Source: an uncultured Eubacteriales bacterium (GTDB taxonomy: Bacteria; Bacillota_I; Bacilli_A; RFN20; JAISJY01). From it: 64,000 nt of DNA. Of the stretch, positions 38,925 to 47,818 are shown piece by piece. How positions within the stretch are numbered: position 1 is the first letter of the stretch; each line of letters opens with the position of its first letter. The stretch spans positions 4,731-68,730 of the forward strand of contig CAZYEI010000001.1 in NCBI GenBank assembly GCA_964646425.1, given 5' to 3'. The translations under genes and the position numbers were made by a program. Under the pieces are notes generated by a model. It ran no database searches. It worked only from the letters and a program-made list of their open reading frames with translations, and was not told the origin of the DNA.

Positions 38925-40427
38925 TTAATCTTTAAAATAACTTAAATTTACATATTCCTGAAAATCTAAAAAATAATTTGCCCACTCACTATTTTTATAT
39001 ACTGTGGCATTAAAACTAAAACAAATATTTCTACTTTCTTCATAAAAAGCTCTTGAGTCAATCGAAACAGCAGTATCAGGAAATACCAACAAATTACTTT
39101 GATTTAATGATAAAAATAAATATTTTTCAACATTTTTTACATTTGTAAAATAAATCGTATTAATATTATCAAGTGAATAGAAAGCCCCGCTATTTATTTT
39201 AGAAATTTCAGCTGACAAATGATATTCGCTTCCGCTATGATTAGAATTAAAATATACTAATGCATAAGTTCCATCATCTAATTTTTCTAAAATATTATCA
39301 TCATCAAGCAAATATTTTTTATTTGTCCTAATACTTATTTCTTTTAATACCCCAGTTTGAAAAGCTCCCCTACCAATATATGTAATGGAAGTAGGAATAC
39401 TAATCGAAGTAATCATAGTATTTTTAAAAGCATAATCACCAATAGTGTCTAATGGACTATATATTATAATTTCATTCAAATATGAATTTGCAAATGCATA
39501 CTCTCCTATTTCAATAAGCTCATCATTCATATAAAATTTCATAATCCCTGAATTTGCAAATGCATATTTTCCTATTTTTGTAATTCCATATGGTAATTGA
39601 ATACTTTGAATATTCTTTCTTCCATAGAAACAATAAGGAGCAATACTTACAATTTTAATATTATTGCTATAATATTTTCGAGTAATATCAATAGTGCTAT
39701 CACCAAATAATGAATGAATTTCACAAGTGCCCTCGTTATCAAGTTTTTCAAATAATGTCATATTATGAATTAAATACTTATTATTTTTTTCGATTTTTAA
39801 TTCTTTGATATTATTTGCTCCAATAAATGCTCCATGTGCGATATCTGTAATATTATTTCCTAATTCAATATATTCTAACTCGCTTTCATAGAAACTACTA
39901 AATCCTATTGTTTTAATAAAATAAGGCACATATAATTTTTTTATTTGTGAATAAGAAAAACCATAATCCATAATTCCAGTAACTTTATAGCCATCAATAT
40001 AAGTAGGTATTGAAACATTTTTTTGATTAATTCCCTTATTATTTAGACCAATACACGCCTCAAAACTATCATTTAACTGATATGTATAATAAGCATCTGT
40101 CCATTTAGCATATAAATCTAAATCACCTGTTACTTCGTATGTAGTTAAATCCAATGGTTGCGTTAATTTTGAATCAAAATACCAATTGACAAATTGCTTT
40201 TCTTCTTTTTGAGGAATATACCGATTATTAAAAAAATAATTTTCATCAATTTTTATAGAAATATCATTTGATGTTGTTTGTTCATTGACAATTAAATATC
40301 CACCATTCAAATGAAAAGTAACTCTAATTTCATCGCCTTTTACATATGGAGTTGACTCATTAAATGTGTTACAAGAAACTATACCAAAGCTTAACATTAA
40401 TAATAATAATATATTTTTTGCTTTCAT
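38925..40427 (-). CDS. BspA-type leucine-rich-repeat (LRR_5) surface lipoprotein
   Basis: I placed the start at the ATG 40427 (MKAKNILLLLMLSFGIVSCN, a lipobox), which has the Shine-Dalgarno sequence GGAGGAG 13 nt after the trmD stop. The repeated ...IGxxAFxxxxxLxxIxIP... units are typical of BspA-like LRRs. Confidence 0.7.
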   Translation of the reverse strand: MKAKNILLLLMLSFGIVSCNTFNESTPYVKGDEIRVTFHLNGGYLIVNEQTTSNDISIKIDENYFFNNRYIPQKEEKQFVNWYFDSKLTQPLDLTTYEVTGDLDLYAKWTDAYYTYQLNDSFEACIGLNNKGINQKNVSIPTYIDGYKVTGIMDYGFSYSQIKKLYVPYFIKTIGFSSFYESELEYIELGNNITDIAHGAFIGANNIKELKIEKNNKYLIHNMTLFEKLDNEGTCEIHSLFGDSTIDITRKYYSNNIKIVSIAPYCFYGRKNIQSIQLPYGITKIGKYAFANSGIMKFYMNDELIEIGEYAFANSYLNEIIIYSPLDTIGDYAFKNTMITSISIPTSITYIGRGAFQTGVLKEISIRTNKKYLLDDDNILEKLDDGTYALVYFNSNHSGSEYHLSAEISKINSGAFYSLDNINTIYFTNVKNVEKYLFLSLNQSNLLVFPDTAVSIDSRAFYEESRNICFSFNATVYKNSEWANYFLDFQEYVNLSYFKD

Positions 40428-40440
40428 ATTTTCTCCTCCA

Positions 40441-41211
40441 TTACATAAATTTTTTAGCATTTTTAATTGCATCAACCAACCATTTTGGTTCCTCAACGCC
40501 ATCTTCAATTTCTTTTAATAGTTTTATTTCTTCTTTGCTATATCTTCTATTTATTAGTAAATCTGGACGACTATTTTTTGTTAGTTTTAGGCTTTCTTTT
40601 AAACGCCATTTTTTTATAGCTTTGTGATTACCTGAAAACAAAATATCCGGTACTTTTTTCCCTTGATATTCACGAGGAAAAGTATATTGGGGATATTCTA
40701 ATAAACCATTTTCAAAGGACTCTTCCAAAGTAGAACCCTCACTTATCGCACCATCAAGCAATCTAATAATGGCATCACTAATTACCATACTTGCAAGTTC
40801 CCCACCAGTAAGAACATAATCTCCAATTGAAATCATATCGGTAAAAGCAGAATTTACTCTTTCATCAAGCCCCTCATAATGTCCACAAACTAAAACAATA
40901 TGTTCTTCTTTTGCTAAGCAACGAGCCATTTCTTGATTAAATTTTTTTCCTCTAGGAGACATAAGAAAAACCTTTGAATTTTCTTTTTTTACTGAATTTA
41001 ATGAATCTAATATTGGTTGACATTTCATTACTAATCCAGCACCACCACCGATAGGATAGTCATCAATTCGTCCATTTTTATCTTTTGTGAATGATCTTAT
41101 ATCAATGACATTAACCTTTACAATTTCTTGAGAAATTGCTCTAGCAATAATTGATGTTGCTAAGAAATCATTAAACATCGAAGGAAATATCGTCAAAATA
41201 TCAATTACCAT
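40441..41211 (-). CDS. trmD: tRNA (guanine37-N1)-methyltransferase
   Basis: MVIDILTIFPSMF...GGGAGLVMK...SPRG motifs of the SPOUT-class TrmD. Confidence 0.9.
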   Translation of the reverse strand: MVIDILTIFPSMFNDFLATSIIARAISQEIVKVNVIDIRSFTKDKNGRIDDYPIGGGAGLVMKCQPILDSLNSVKKENSKVFLMSPRGKKFNQEMARCLAKEEHIVLVCGHYEGLDERVNSAFTDMISIGDYVLTGGELASMVISDAIIRLLDGAISEGSTLEESFENGLLEYPQYTFPREYQGKKVPDILFSGNHKAIKKWRLKESLKLTKNSRPDLLINRRYSKEEIKLLKEIEDGVEEPKWLVDAIKNAKKFM

Positions 41212-41213
41212 AA

Positions 41214-41729
41214 TTAAATTCCTTCCATATCAATAATTTCAATTTTTTTATTATCAATATCAACATTAACTAACCAAGATTTTACAAATGGAATAAGTTT
41301 TATATGATTGTCAGGCGTTGCAATACGTAATAAATCATGTGCACCATTATTTTCAACAGAAACTACATCACCAATCAAATTTTCCTTTATATAAACGCTA
41401 CATTGTAATAAATCATGGTGATAATATTGGTCTTTTTTTAATTTGTGCATATTTTCTTCATTCATATATACTGCAAACCCCTTATATTTTTCAGCAGTCG
41501 TCATATCATCAATATCTTTAAAATGAACAATAATAAATTTACCATTATTTCTTGAAAAAGTAACTTCTACCTCTTTTGTTAAATTTCTTAATTCATCAAC
41601 TAAAAAAAGAATACTTCCCTTCTTAAAACGGAGATTAGAAAAATCAGTCAATGAATAAATTTTTAAATCTCCTTTTACGCCAAATGTAGATACAACACTT
41701 CCGATAATAATTTTATTCACAAAAAACAC
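41214..41729 (-). CDS. rimM: Ribosome maturation factor RimM
   Basis: The 171-aa product has the GxVxxxFGxKGxL N-terminal motif and a PRC-barrel C-terminus. Confidence 0.8.
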   Translation of the reverse strand: MFFVNKIIIGSVVSTFGVKGDLKIYSLTDFSNLRFKKGSILFLVDELRNLTKEVEVTFSRNNGKFIIVHFKDIDDMTTAEKYKGFAVYMNEENMHKLKKDQYYHHDLLQCSVYIKENLIGDVVSVENNGAHDLLRIATPDNHIKLIPFVKSWLVNVDIDNKKIEIIDMEGI

Positions 41730-41770
41730 ACTCCCTTTTGTTATTATACATTATTTAATGATAAAAACAT

Positions 41771-41813
41771 AGAAAAAAGTGTTCACTAATGCTTTTTTAC
41801 AGCTGGAACACTT
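41771..41813 (-). terminator. Intrinsic terminator after the tetR-family gene
   Basis: On the minus strand, a hairpin AGUGUUC...GAACACU is followed by UUUUUUCU. Confidence 0.5.
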
Positions 41814-41818
41814 TTATT

Positions 41819-42421
41819 TTATTTGTATGTACCATATTTTAAAATATTAAAGGAAATTCTTAATTCTTCTCTTACTACATTTGGATCTCTATTAAATACT
41901 AAAACTTGAGACATTGCATCAACTAAATTAGTAATTAACATTTTTCTAAGCATTCTAAATTCAATTTGAGTTGTTATTGAATAATCTTCAGGAACAAAAG
42001 AAATATCTTGAACAAAATTATGCTTTTCGCCTTCCGATAATAAATTATGAACTTGAATAAAATTAATCGGATTAGCGTTTCTTAATATATTTGCAATAAA
42101 TCCAATACTATCATCTAAATTTGATTCGATTATTATATAATCATAAACATCCATTACTGCAAAGAAAATATTATTACCTCTTGCCAATGTTTCTTTTATT
42201 CTTTCTAACACTTTGTTAAATGTGCATTTCAAAAGATGCGAATATATATCCCATTTGTCCTCAAAATATAAATAAAAACTTCCTCTAGAAATATTAGATC
42301 TGCTAACAATTTCATTAATAGATACTTCATCATATGGTTTCAAAGAAAATTCATCTCTGGCCGCTAAAATAATCTTTTCACGCTTTTCTAATTTTAATTT
42401 AAAGAAATTTTCTTTAGGCAT
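41819..42421 (-). CDS. TetR/AcrR-family transcriptional regulator inserted between the KH-protein gene and rimM
   Basis: An N-terminal TetR helix-turn-helix is present (ILAARDEFSLKPYDEVSINEIVSRSNISRGSFYLYF). The product is 200 aa. Confidence 0.8.
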   Translation of the reverse strand: MPKENFFKLKLEKREKIILAARDEFSLKPYDEVSINEIVSRSNISRGSFYLYFEDKWDIYSHLLKCTFNKVLERIKETLARGNNIFFAVMDVYDYIIIESNLDDSIGFIANILRNANPINFIQVHNLLSEGEKHNFVQDISFVPEDYSITTQIEFRMLRKMLITNLVDAMSQVLVFNRDPNVVREELRISFNILKYGTYK

Positions 42422-42492
42422 TAAAAATCCCCCCCTTATACTAAAAAATATATCAGGAAAATATTAACTTAATATTAACAAACAATAAAAAA

Positions 42493-42520
42493 TGTAAAAA
42501 AAAAGAGAGATGAAATCTCT
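42493..42520. terminator. Hairpin with flanking T/A runs after the KH-domain gene
   Basis: AGAGAgaugaaaUCUCU is followed on the plus strand by T7, and on the minus strand the equivalent hairpin by T9. Confidence 0.45.
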
Positions 42521-42524
42521 TTTT

Positions 42525-42788
42525 TTAATCCTCGGTACTTGTTTCGTAAGATTCAAATTTTACAAAAACTCTTGTACCATTAATTTTTCCAGCAACATTA
42601 ACTACTTCTCTAATAGCAGTTGCAGTAATTCCACCTTTACCAATTAATCGTGCGATATCATTTGATTCAGCACACACTAAGATTACTACATGTTTTTCTT
42701 CTTCTGTCGGTAAAGCACGAATTAATAATGCATCTTTATTAACTACTAAAGGAGAAACAATGTTGCGAACTACGCTTTCGTAATCCAT
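42525..42788 (-). CDS. KH-domain RNA-binding protein (YlqC-like)
   Basis: The 87-aa product contains a GKGG KH motif, IGKGGITATAIREV. It lies between rpsP and rimM, as ylqC does in Firmicutes. Confidence 0.75.
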   Translation of the reverse strand: MDYESVVRNIVSPLVVNKDALLIRALPTEEEKHVVILVCAESNDIARLIGKGGITATAIREVVNVAGKINGTRVFVKFESYETSTED

Positions 42789-42807
42789 CTCTTATCTCCT
42801 CTATATC

Positions 42808-43080
42808 TTACTTAGAGTATTTCTTTTCGTGTAATTTTGTCATAACACCTGCATCAGATAAAAGTGTTCTAACAGTATCAGTTGGTTGTGCGCCTTTTTC
42901 TAACCAAGCCAAAGCTAAATCAGCATTTAAAGTTACTTTAGCAGGTTGTCTTTTAGGTTCATAAGTTCCTAATTCTTCAATAAAACGACCATCACGAGGT
43001 GAATGTGAATCTGCTACAACAATTCTATATTGAGCTAAATGATGACGACCAACTCTTTTTAATCTAATTTTTACTGCCAT
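42808..43080 (-). CDS. rpsP: 30S ribosomal protein S16
   Basis: [35 protein letters not shown]... Confidence 0.9.
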   Translation of the reverse strand: MAVKIRLKRVGRHHLAQYRIVVADSHSPRDGRFIEELGTYEPKRQPAKVTLNADLALAWLEKGAQPTDTVRTLLSDAGVMTKLHEKKYSK

Positions 43081-43161
43081 AAAAAATCCTCCTTATTTTT
43101 AAGTACTATGACATTATAACATTTAATACATATATGTCAAGTATTTTTACTTAACATTTAA

Positions 43162-44493
43162 TTATTTTTTAAATTTTGGCATCATACCAGATTTCATCAT
43201 CTTGCCTAATTGTTGCATTTGGACACTCATTTGTTCAAATTGGCGAAGTAATCTATTGACATCTGAGACTTCTTTTCCACAACCTTTAGCAATACGAGCT
43301 TTTCTAGAAGCCTTAATTATATCAGGATTTTTTCTTTCTTGAGGCGTCATACTATAAATAATTGCACGAGTTATCTTTAATTTATCTTCTGCTTCTTGTT
43401 TTTGTTCTTCACTTAACTTTGGCATACCTGGAATTAATTTTAAAATCATTTTTAATGGTCCCATTTTATTCATTTGTTCCATTTGAGTTAACATATCTTC
43501 TAAATCGAATTTTCCAGCCATTAAACGATTCATACTTTTTTGTAATTTCTTTTCATCTAAATTTTCTTGAGCTTTTTCAATTAATTGAAGAATATCCCCC
43601 ATTCCTAAGATTCTTTCAGCCATTCTATCAGGATAAAAAATCTCAATATCATCAGGTTTTTCACCAGTTGTAATAAATTTCAAAGGAACTCCAGTCATAT
43701 GACGAATTGATAAAGCAGCTCCGCCCCTTGCATCGCCATCCATTTTTGTCATTACAGCTCCACTAATTTTAATTTGTTTATAAAATGAATCAGCAACATT
43801 TACAGCATCCTGTCCACTCATTGCATCAACAACTAATAAAACTTCTGTCGGATTAATTGCTTCTTGGATTTTTTTCAATTCATCCATTAATTGTTCATCA
43901 ATATGCAAACGTCCTGCTGTATCAACAATAATTGTATCATAGCCATGATATTTAGCATATTCTAATGAATTTTTTGAAATAGTTACAGGATCAACTTTAT
44001 CTCCTTCTTGAAAAACTTCTACATCTATTTTCTTGCCTAATTGAACTAATTGTTCAATTGCACCAGGACGATATATATCGCATGCAACAAGCATTGGCTT
44101 TTTATTAAATTTTTTTCTTACAATAGTAGCAATTTTACTTGCTGTTGTCGTTTTACCACTACCTTGTAAACCAACCATCATAATAATTGTTGGTTTATTA
44201 GTGTTAAAAGTTAATTGACAAACATCTTTACCTAAAAGAATTTTTAATTCTTCATTTACAAGTTTAACAACCATTTGGCTTGGTGTTAGAGTTGGCAATA
44301 CTTTCATTCCTACAAGACGATTTTTTAAACTAGCAACAAATTCTCTTGCAACTTTTACATTAACATCAGCTTCTAAAAGAGCAATACGAATTTCCTCAAG
44401 AATCTCTTTCATGTTATTTTCTGAAAGTGTCGATTCTCCTTTTATCTTTTTAAATATACCATTTAATCTTTCACTTAAAGCTTCAAATGCCAT
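43162..44493 (-). CDS. ffh: Signal recognition particle protein Ffh
   Basis: The NG domain carries a GLQGSGKTTT P-loop and DTAGR, followed by the Met-rich M domain. Confidence 0.95.
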   Translation of the reverse strand: MAFEALSERLNGIFKKIKGESTLSENNMKEILEEIRIALLEADVNVKVAREFVASLKNRLVGMKVLPTLTPSQMVVKLVNEELKILLGKDVCQLTFNTNKPTIIMMVGLQGSGKTTTASKIATIVRKKFNKKPMLVACDIYRPGAIEQLVQLGKKIDVEVFQEGDKVDPVTISKNSLEYAKYHGYDTIIVDTAGRLHIDEQLMDELKKIQEAINPTEVLLVVDAMSGQDAVNVADSFYKQIKISGAVMTKMDGDARGGAALSIRHMTGVPLKFITTGEKPDDIEIFYPDRMAERILGMGDILQLIEKAQENLDEKKLQKSMNRLMAGKFDLEDMLTQMEQMNKMGPLKMILKLIPGMPKLSEEQKQEAEDKLKITRAIIYSMTPQERKNPDIIKASRKARIAKGCGKEVSDVNRLLRQFEQMSVQMQQLGKMMKSGMMPKFKK

Positions 44494-44504
44494 AATTATT
44501 CCCC

Positions 44505-44807
44505 CTAACGATTAAGAATTTTCATTACTTTATTTTTTAATTCATTGTGATTTTCTAAAATACTATTTATTTCTTCTATTTTATCAAGTAAATGCATTTT
44601 CGATTCATAATCTTCAAGTATTATTTCAACTCTTTTTAAAACATCATGAACCGCATTTCTCGATATATCTAAGTCTTCTGCAATTTCTTTTAAAGATAAA
44701 TCATCTTGATAATAGCTTTGAAAAATTTGTATTTGGTGTGAAGTCAACAAATTTTCATAAATATCAAACAAAAGATTTATTCTTTCTGTTTTTTCAATAT
44801 TACCCAT
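44505..44807 (-). CDS. ylxM: YlxM/UPF0122 putative helix-turn-helix protein of the SRP operon
   Basis: The product is 100 aa and lies immediately upstream of ffh, with the sigma-70 region-4-like helix-turn-helix [20 protein letters not shown]. Confidence 0.7.
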   Translation of the reverse strand: MGNIEKTERINLLFDIYENLLTSHQIQIFQSYYQDDLSLKEIAEDLDISRNAVHDVLKRVEIILEDYESKMHLLDKIEEINSILENHNELKNKVMKILNR

Positions 44808-45094
44808 TAAAAGATAAAAATTTCAATAATAGAAATCACAAAGAAAACTGTAAAGTAAACTAATACGACACGATGAAACTCAGGTGTCTTTATCGCATTA
44901 CGACGATATCCTGCAGGCACATAAAATAAATTCAAAAAGAATGAACATAAGTAATATATTACTGCAGTTGCAATAATCAAGCCTGGATATCCCGGAATAA
45001 TTGTCATAACTAAAGGAAATAGCCAAAGTTCTCCTACCCATTGGACTACTAAAAGAATTAATAGTCCTCCAAATAATCTCTTAAAATCTATCAT
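44807..45094 (-). CDS. Small two- or three-TM membrane protein of unknown function between ftsY and ylxM
   Basis: A 95-aa hydrophobic ORF that is tightly packed against its neighbours (its stop overlaps the ylxM start). Confidence 0.4.
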   Translation of the reverse strand: MIDFKRLFGGLLILLVVQWVGELWLFPLVMTIIPGYPGLIIATAVIYYLCSFFLNLFYVPAGYRRNAIKTPEFHRVVLVYFTVFFVISIIEIFIF

Positions 45095-45098
45095 GATT

Positions 45099-46082
45099 TT
45101 ACTCCCTTCCTAAAAATAATCCATTTAAATATTGGTCCAGATCAAATTCTTCTAAATCTTCCATTTTTTCTCCTAAACCAATAAATTTAACAGGAATTCC
45201 CAACGCTGATTTTATTGCGATAATGATACCACCTTTACTTGTACCATCCATTTTTGTCAAAACAATTCCATTAACACCTGTTGCTTCTGCAAAAGCTTTA
45301 GCTTGGAAAACGCCATTTTGACCAGTGGTTGCATCAATAACAAGTAACACTTCATGAGGAGCATTTGGAATCTCCTTTCCAAGAACACGGCGAACTTTGC
45401 TTAATTCGTTCATTAAATTCACCTTTGTTTGTAATCTACCAGCAGTATCACATATCAAAATATCAATATTATTATCTTTTGCTTTCTTAGCAGCATCAAA
45501 CATAACCGAAGCAGGGTCACCACCTAATTTCCCCTCAACAACTTCAACGCCAAGACGCTCACCCCATATTTTTAATTGTTCAGTTGCGCCTGCTCTAAAT
45601 GTATCACCAGCTGCAAGTAAAACTTTTTTGCCCATTTTTAAATACCTGTGTGTAAGTTTAGCTATTGTAGTAGTCTTGCCAACACCATTTACTCCAACCA
45701 TTAGAATAACAGTAGGCCCTTCTTTAGCAAAATTAATTTCACTTTCAAGTTCATCATTTGAAGCATAAGAAACAAATATTTTATCAATAACAATATCATT
45801 GATTGTTTGAGGATCTGTAATATTTTCTAATTTAACTTGAGACTTAGTAGCATTAATAATTTCAATAACTTCATGAACACCAACATCTGCTTCTATTAGT
45901 ATTTGTTCAAGTTCATCAAAATAATCATCATCAACAACACGATATCTTGCCACCAAAGCATTTAGCTTATCAGAAAATGAAGTTCGTGCTTTATCTAAAC
46001 CAGCAATATATTTTTCTTGTTGTTTAACTGATTTACCTAATATTTTTTCTTTTATTTTTGAAAAAAACGACATATTTGTCAC
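45099..46082 (-). CDS. ftsY: Signal recognition particle receptor FtsY
   Basis: The NG domain carries GVNGVGKTTT, DTAGR and TKMDG. A short N-terminus is typical of Gram-positives. Confidence 0.9.
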   Translation of the reverse strand: MTNMSFFSKIKEKILGKSVKQQEKYIAGLDKARTSFSDKLNALVARYRVVDDDYFDELEQILIEADVGVHEVIEIINATKSQVKLENITDPQTINDIVIDKIFVSYASNDELESEINFAKEGPTVILMVGVNGVGKTTTIAKLTHRYLKMGKKVLLAAGDTFRAGATEQLKIWGERLGVEVVEGKLGGDPASVMFDAAKKAKDNNIDILICDTAGRLQTKVNLMNELSKVRRVLGKEIPNAPHEVLLVIDATTGQNGVFQAKAFAEATGVNGIVLTKMDGTSKGGIIIAIKSALGIPVKFIGLGEKMEDLEEFDLDQYLNGLFLGRE

Positions 46083-46088
46083 ACCTTC

Positions 46089-46799
46089 CTATTCAGCTTC
46101 AATTGCAAGTGCAGCTTTAGCAGCTTCTTGTTCAGCTTCCTGTTTTGATTTACCTTTTCCTTCACCAAAACGAATTCCATCTACTTCAACAACAACAGTA
46201 AATAATTTAGTGTTATCATCAAAGTCTTCTTCATTAATTACTCTATAACCTATGCTACCACGATCATCATTTTGAATTCGTTCTTGTAGTTTTGTTTTAT
46301 AATCCTTGAAATCAACTTCTTTTCCATTTCTTTTTTCTTCTATAAAATCTTTTATTAATTCTTCAAAATTAATCAAAAAAATTTTTCTTGCTTCCTTAAA
46401 TCCTAAATCAATATAAATAGCGCCAAAAATAGATTCTAAATTATCACATAACAAAGAATTTCTATCTCTTGCACCATTTTTTTCTTCACCTTTACCCAAA
46501 AATAGATACTTACCTAGATTAATTGTTCTTGCAAGATAAGCAAGAAAAGGTTCTTCTACAATTTTTTGACGACAAAGTGATAGAGTTCCTTCAGAAAATT
46601 CAGGATAAGAGTTAAATAAATATTCAGTCACTATTAATTGAATTACTGCATCGCCCATCAATTCAAGTCTTTGATAGTGATTTAATTGTAATTGATGTTC
46701 ATTAACATAAGTTGGATGAGTTAATGCCTCAATATATAATTGAGGATTTCTTGGTCGTATCTCTAAATACTTTAGTAAAGGAATAATATGATTAATCAT
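46089..46799 (-). CDS. rnc: Ribonuclease III
   Basis: The RNase III signature ERLELMGDAV is followed by a C-terminal dsRBD. Confidence 0.9.
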   Translation of the reverse strand: MINHIIPLLKYLEIRPRNPQLYIEALTHPTYVNEHQLQLNHYQRLELMGDAVIQLIVTEYLFNSYPEFSEGTLSLCRQKIVEEPFLAYLARTINLGKYLFLGKGEEKNGARDRNSLLCDNLESIFGAIYIDLGFKEARKIFLINFEELIKDFIEEKRNGKEVDFKDYKTKLQERIQNDDRGSIGYRVINEEDFDDNTKLFTVVVEVDGIRFGEGKGKSKQEAEQEAAKAALAIEAE

Positions 46800-47772
46800 T
46801 TGAACACATTGCTTCTTTTAAAGAAGCAACCACTCCACTTTCAACCATTTCTTTCGTAATTCTAATTGCGTGATAGAACGAACGAGCATCACTATTTCCA
46901 TGACCTTTTACAACCACACCATTTACGCCAACCAACATTGCACCACCATATTGTTTATAGTCCATAATTTTCATCATTTCAGCTACTCCACTTTTTGCAA
47001 AAATATAGCCGATTTTTGTAAATATATTTTTCTTAAAAGCATTTTTCATCAATGTTGCCATCATTTTTGCTGCTCCTTCAGTAGATTTCAAGAAAACATT
47101 ACCATCAAAGCCATTAGTAATTATTACATCAGCATCTCCATTTAAGGCATATCTTGCTTCTAAATTACCTTTAAAATAATCAAGATTTTCATTTTTCAAT
47201 AATTGATGAGCTTCTTTTACTAAAGGACTTCCCTTTTTTTCCTCTGCTCCATTACTTAATAAAAATACTCTAGGATTTGCCACTTTTCTAACGCATTTAG
47301 CATATAAGGCACCGATATGTGCAAATTGTTTTAAGTGTTCTGGCGTATTTTCATTATTAGCACCAATATCAGTAATTACAACTCCCTTACCATCAACTGT
47401 TGGGAAAGTTGTTAATAATGCCGCTCTTAGAACTCCAGGAATCAATTTTAATTTAATTGTTGCTGCAGTCAAAAAAGCTCCAGTTGAACCAGCACTAACA
47501 ACACCATCACAAGTACCATTAGCCACTAAATCTACAGCTTTAAGCATACTTGTTTCTCTTTTACGCATTACTTCTAATGCTCCATCTTCCATTTTCATCA
47601 CATCACGAGCATCGATAATTTTACAAAAAGAAACTAACTCACTTAATTCTTCTTTTTTACCACATACATAAAATTCAACATCTCTATATTCTTCATGAAA
47701 CTTTTTAATAGCCTCAACAACAATTTTACTTCCATTATCGCTACCCATTGCATCAACAGCAAGTTTAATCAT
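46792..47772 (-). CDS. plsX: Phosphate acyltransferase PlsX
   Basis: MIKLAVDAMGSDNG...GNGFDGNVFLK... is typical of PlsX. Confidence 0.9.
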   Translation of the reverse strand: MIKLAVDAMGSDNGSKIVVEAIKKFHEEYRDVEFYVCGKKEELSELVSFCKIIDARDVMKMEDGALEVMRKRETSMLKAVDLVANGTCDGVVSAGSTGAFLTAATIKLKLIPGVLRAALLTTFPTVDGKGVVITDIGANNENTPEHLKQFAHIGALYAKCVRKVANPRVFLLSNGAEEKKGSPLVKEAHQLLKNENLDYFKGNLEARYALNGDADVIITNGFDGNVFLKSTEGAAKMMATLMKNAFKKNIFTKIGYIFAKSGVAEMMKIMDYKQYGGAMLVGVNGVVVKGHGNSDARSFYHAIRITKEMVESGVVASLKEAMCSND

Positions 47773-47818
47773 AATAATTTCACCTCATATATTCTTAATC
47801 TTATTTATTTTACCATTT

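Noticed and set aside
15993-40508. Longer ORF-track start codons at 16048, 17171, 19596, 26557, 28335, 37017 and 40508
   Set aside because: In each case a downstream ATG has a canonical Shine-Dalgarno sequence and gives a sensible signal peptide or N-terminus. The longer versions have no SD and create large overlaps with upstream genes.
44807-45094. The 95-aa membrane ORF between ftsY and ylxM as a possible toxin or holin
   Set aside because: It is tightly packed within a housekeeping operon with no partner gene. Nothing beyond hydrophobicity supports a special role, so I kept it as a hypothetical CDS only.
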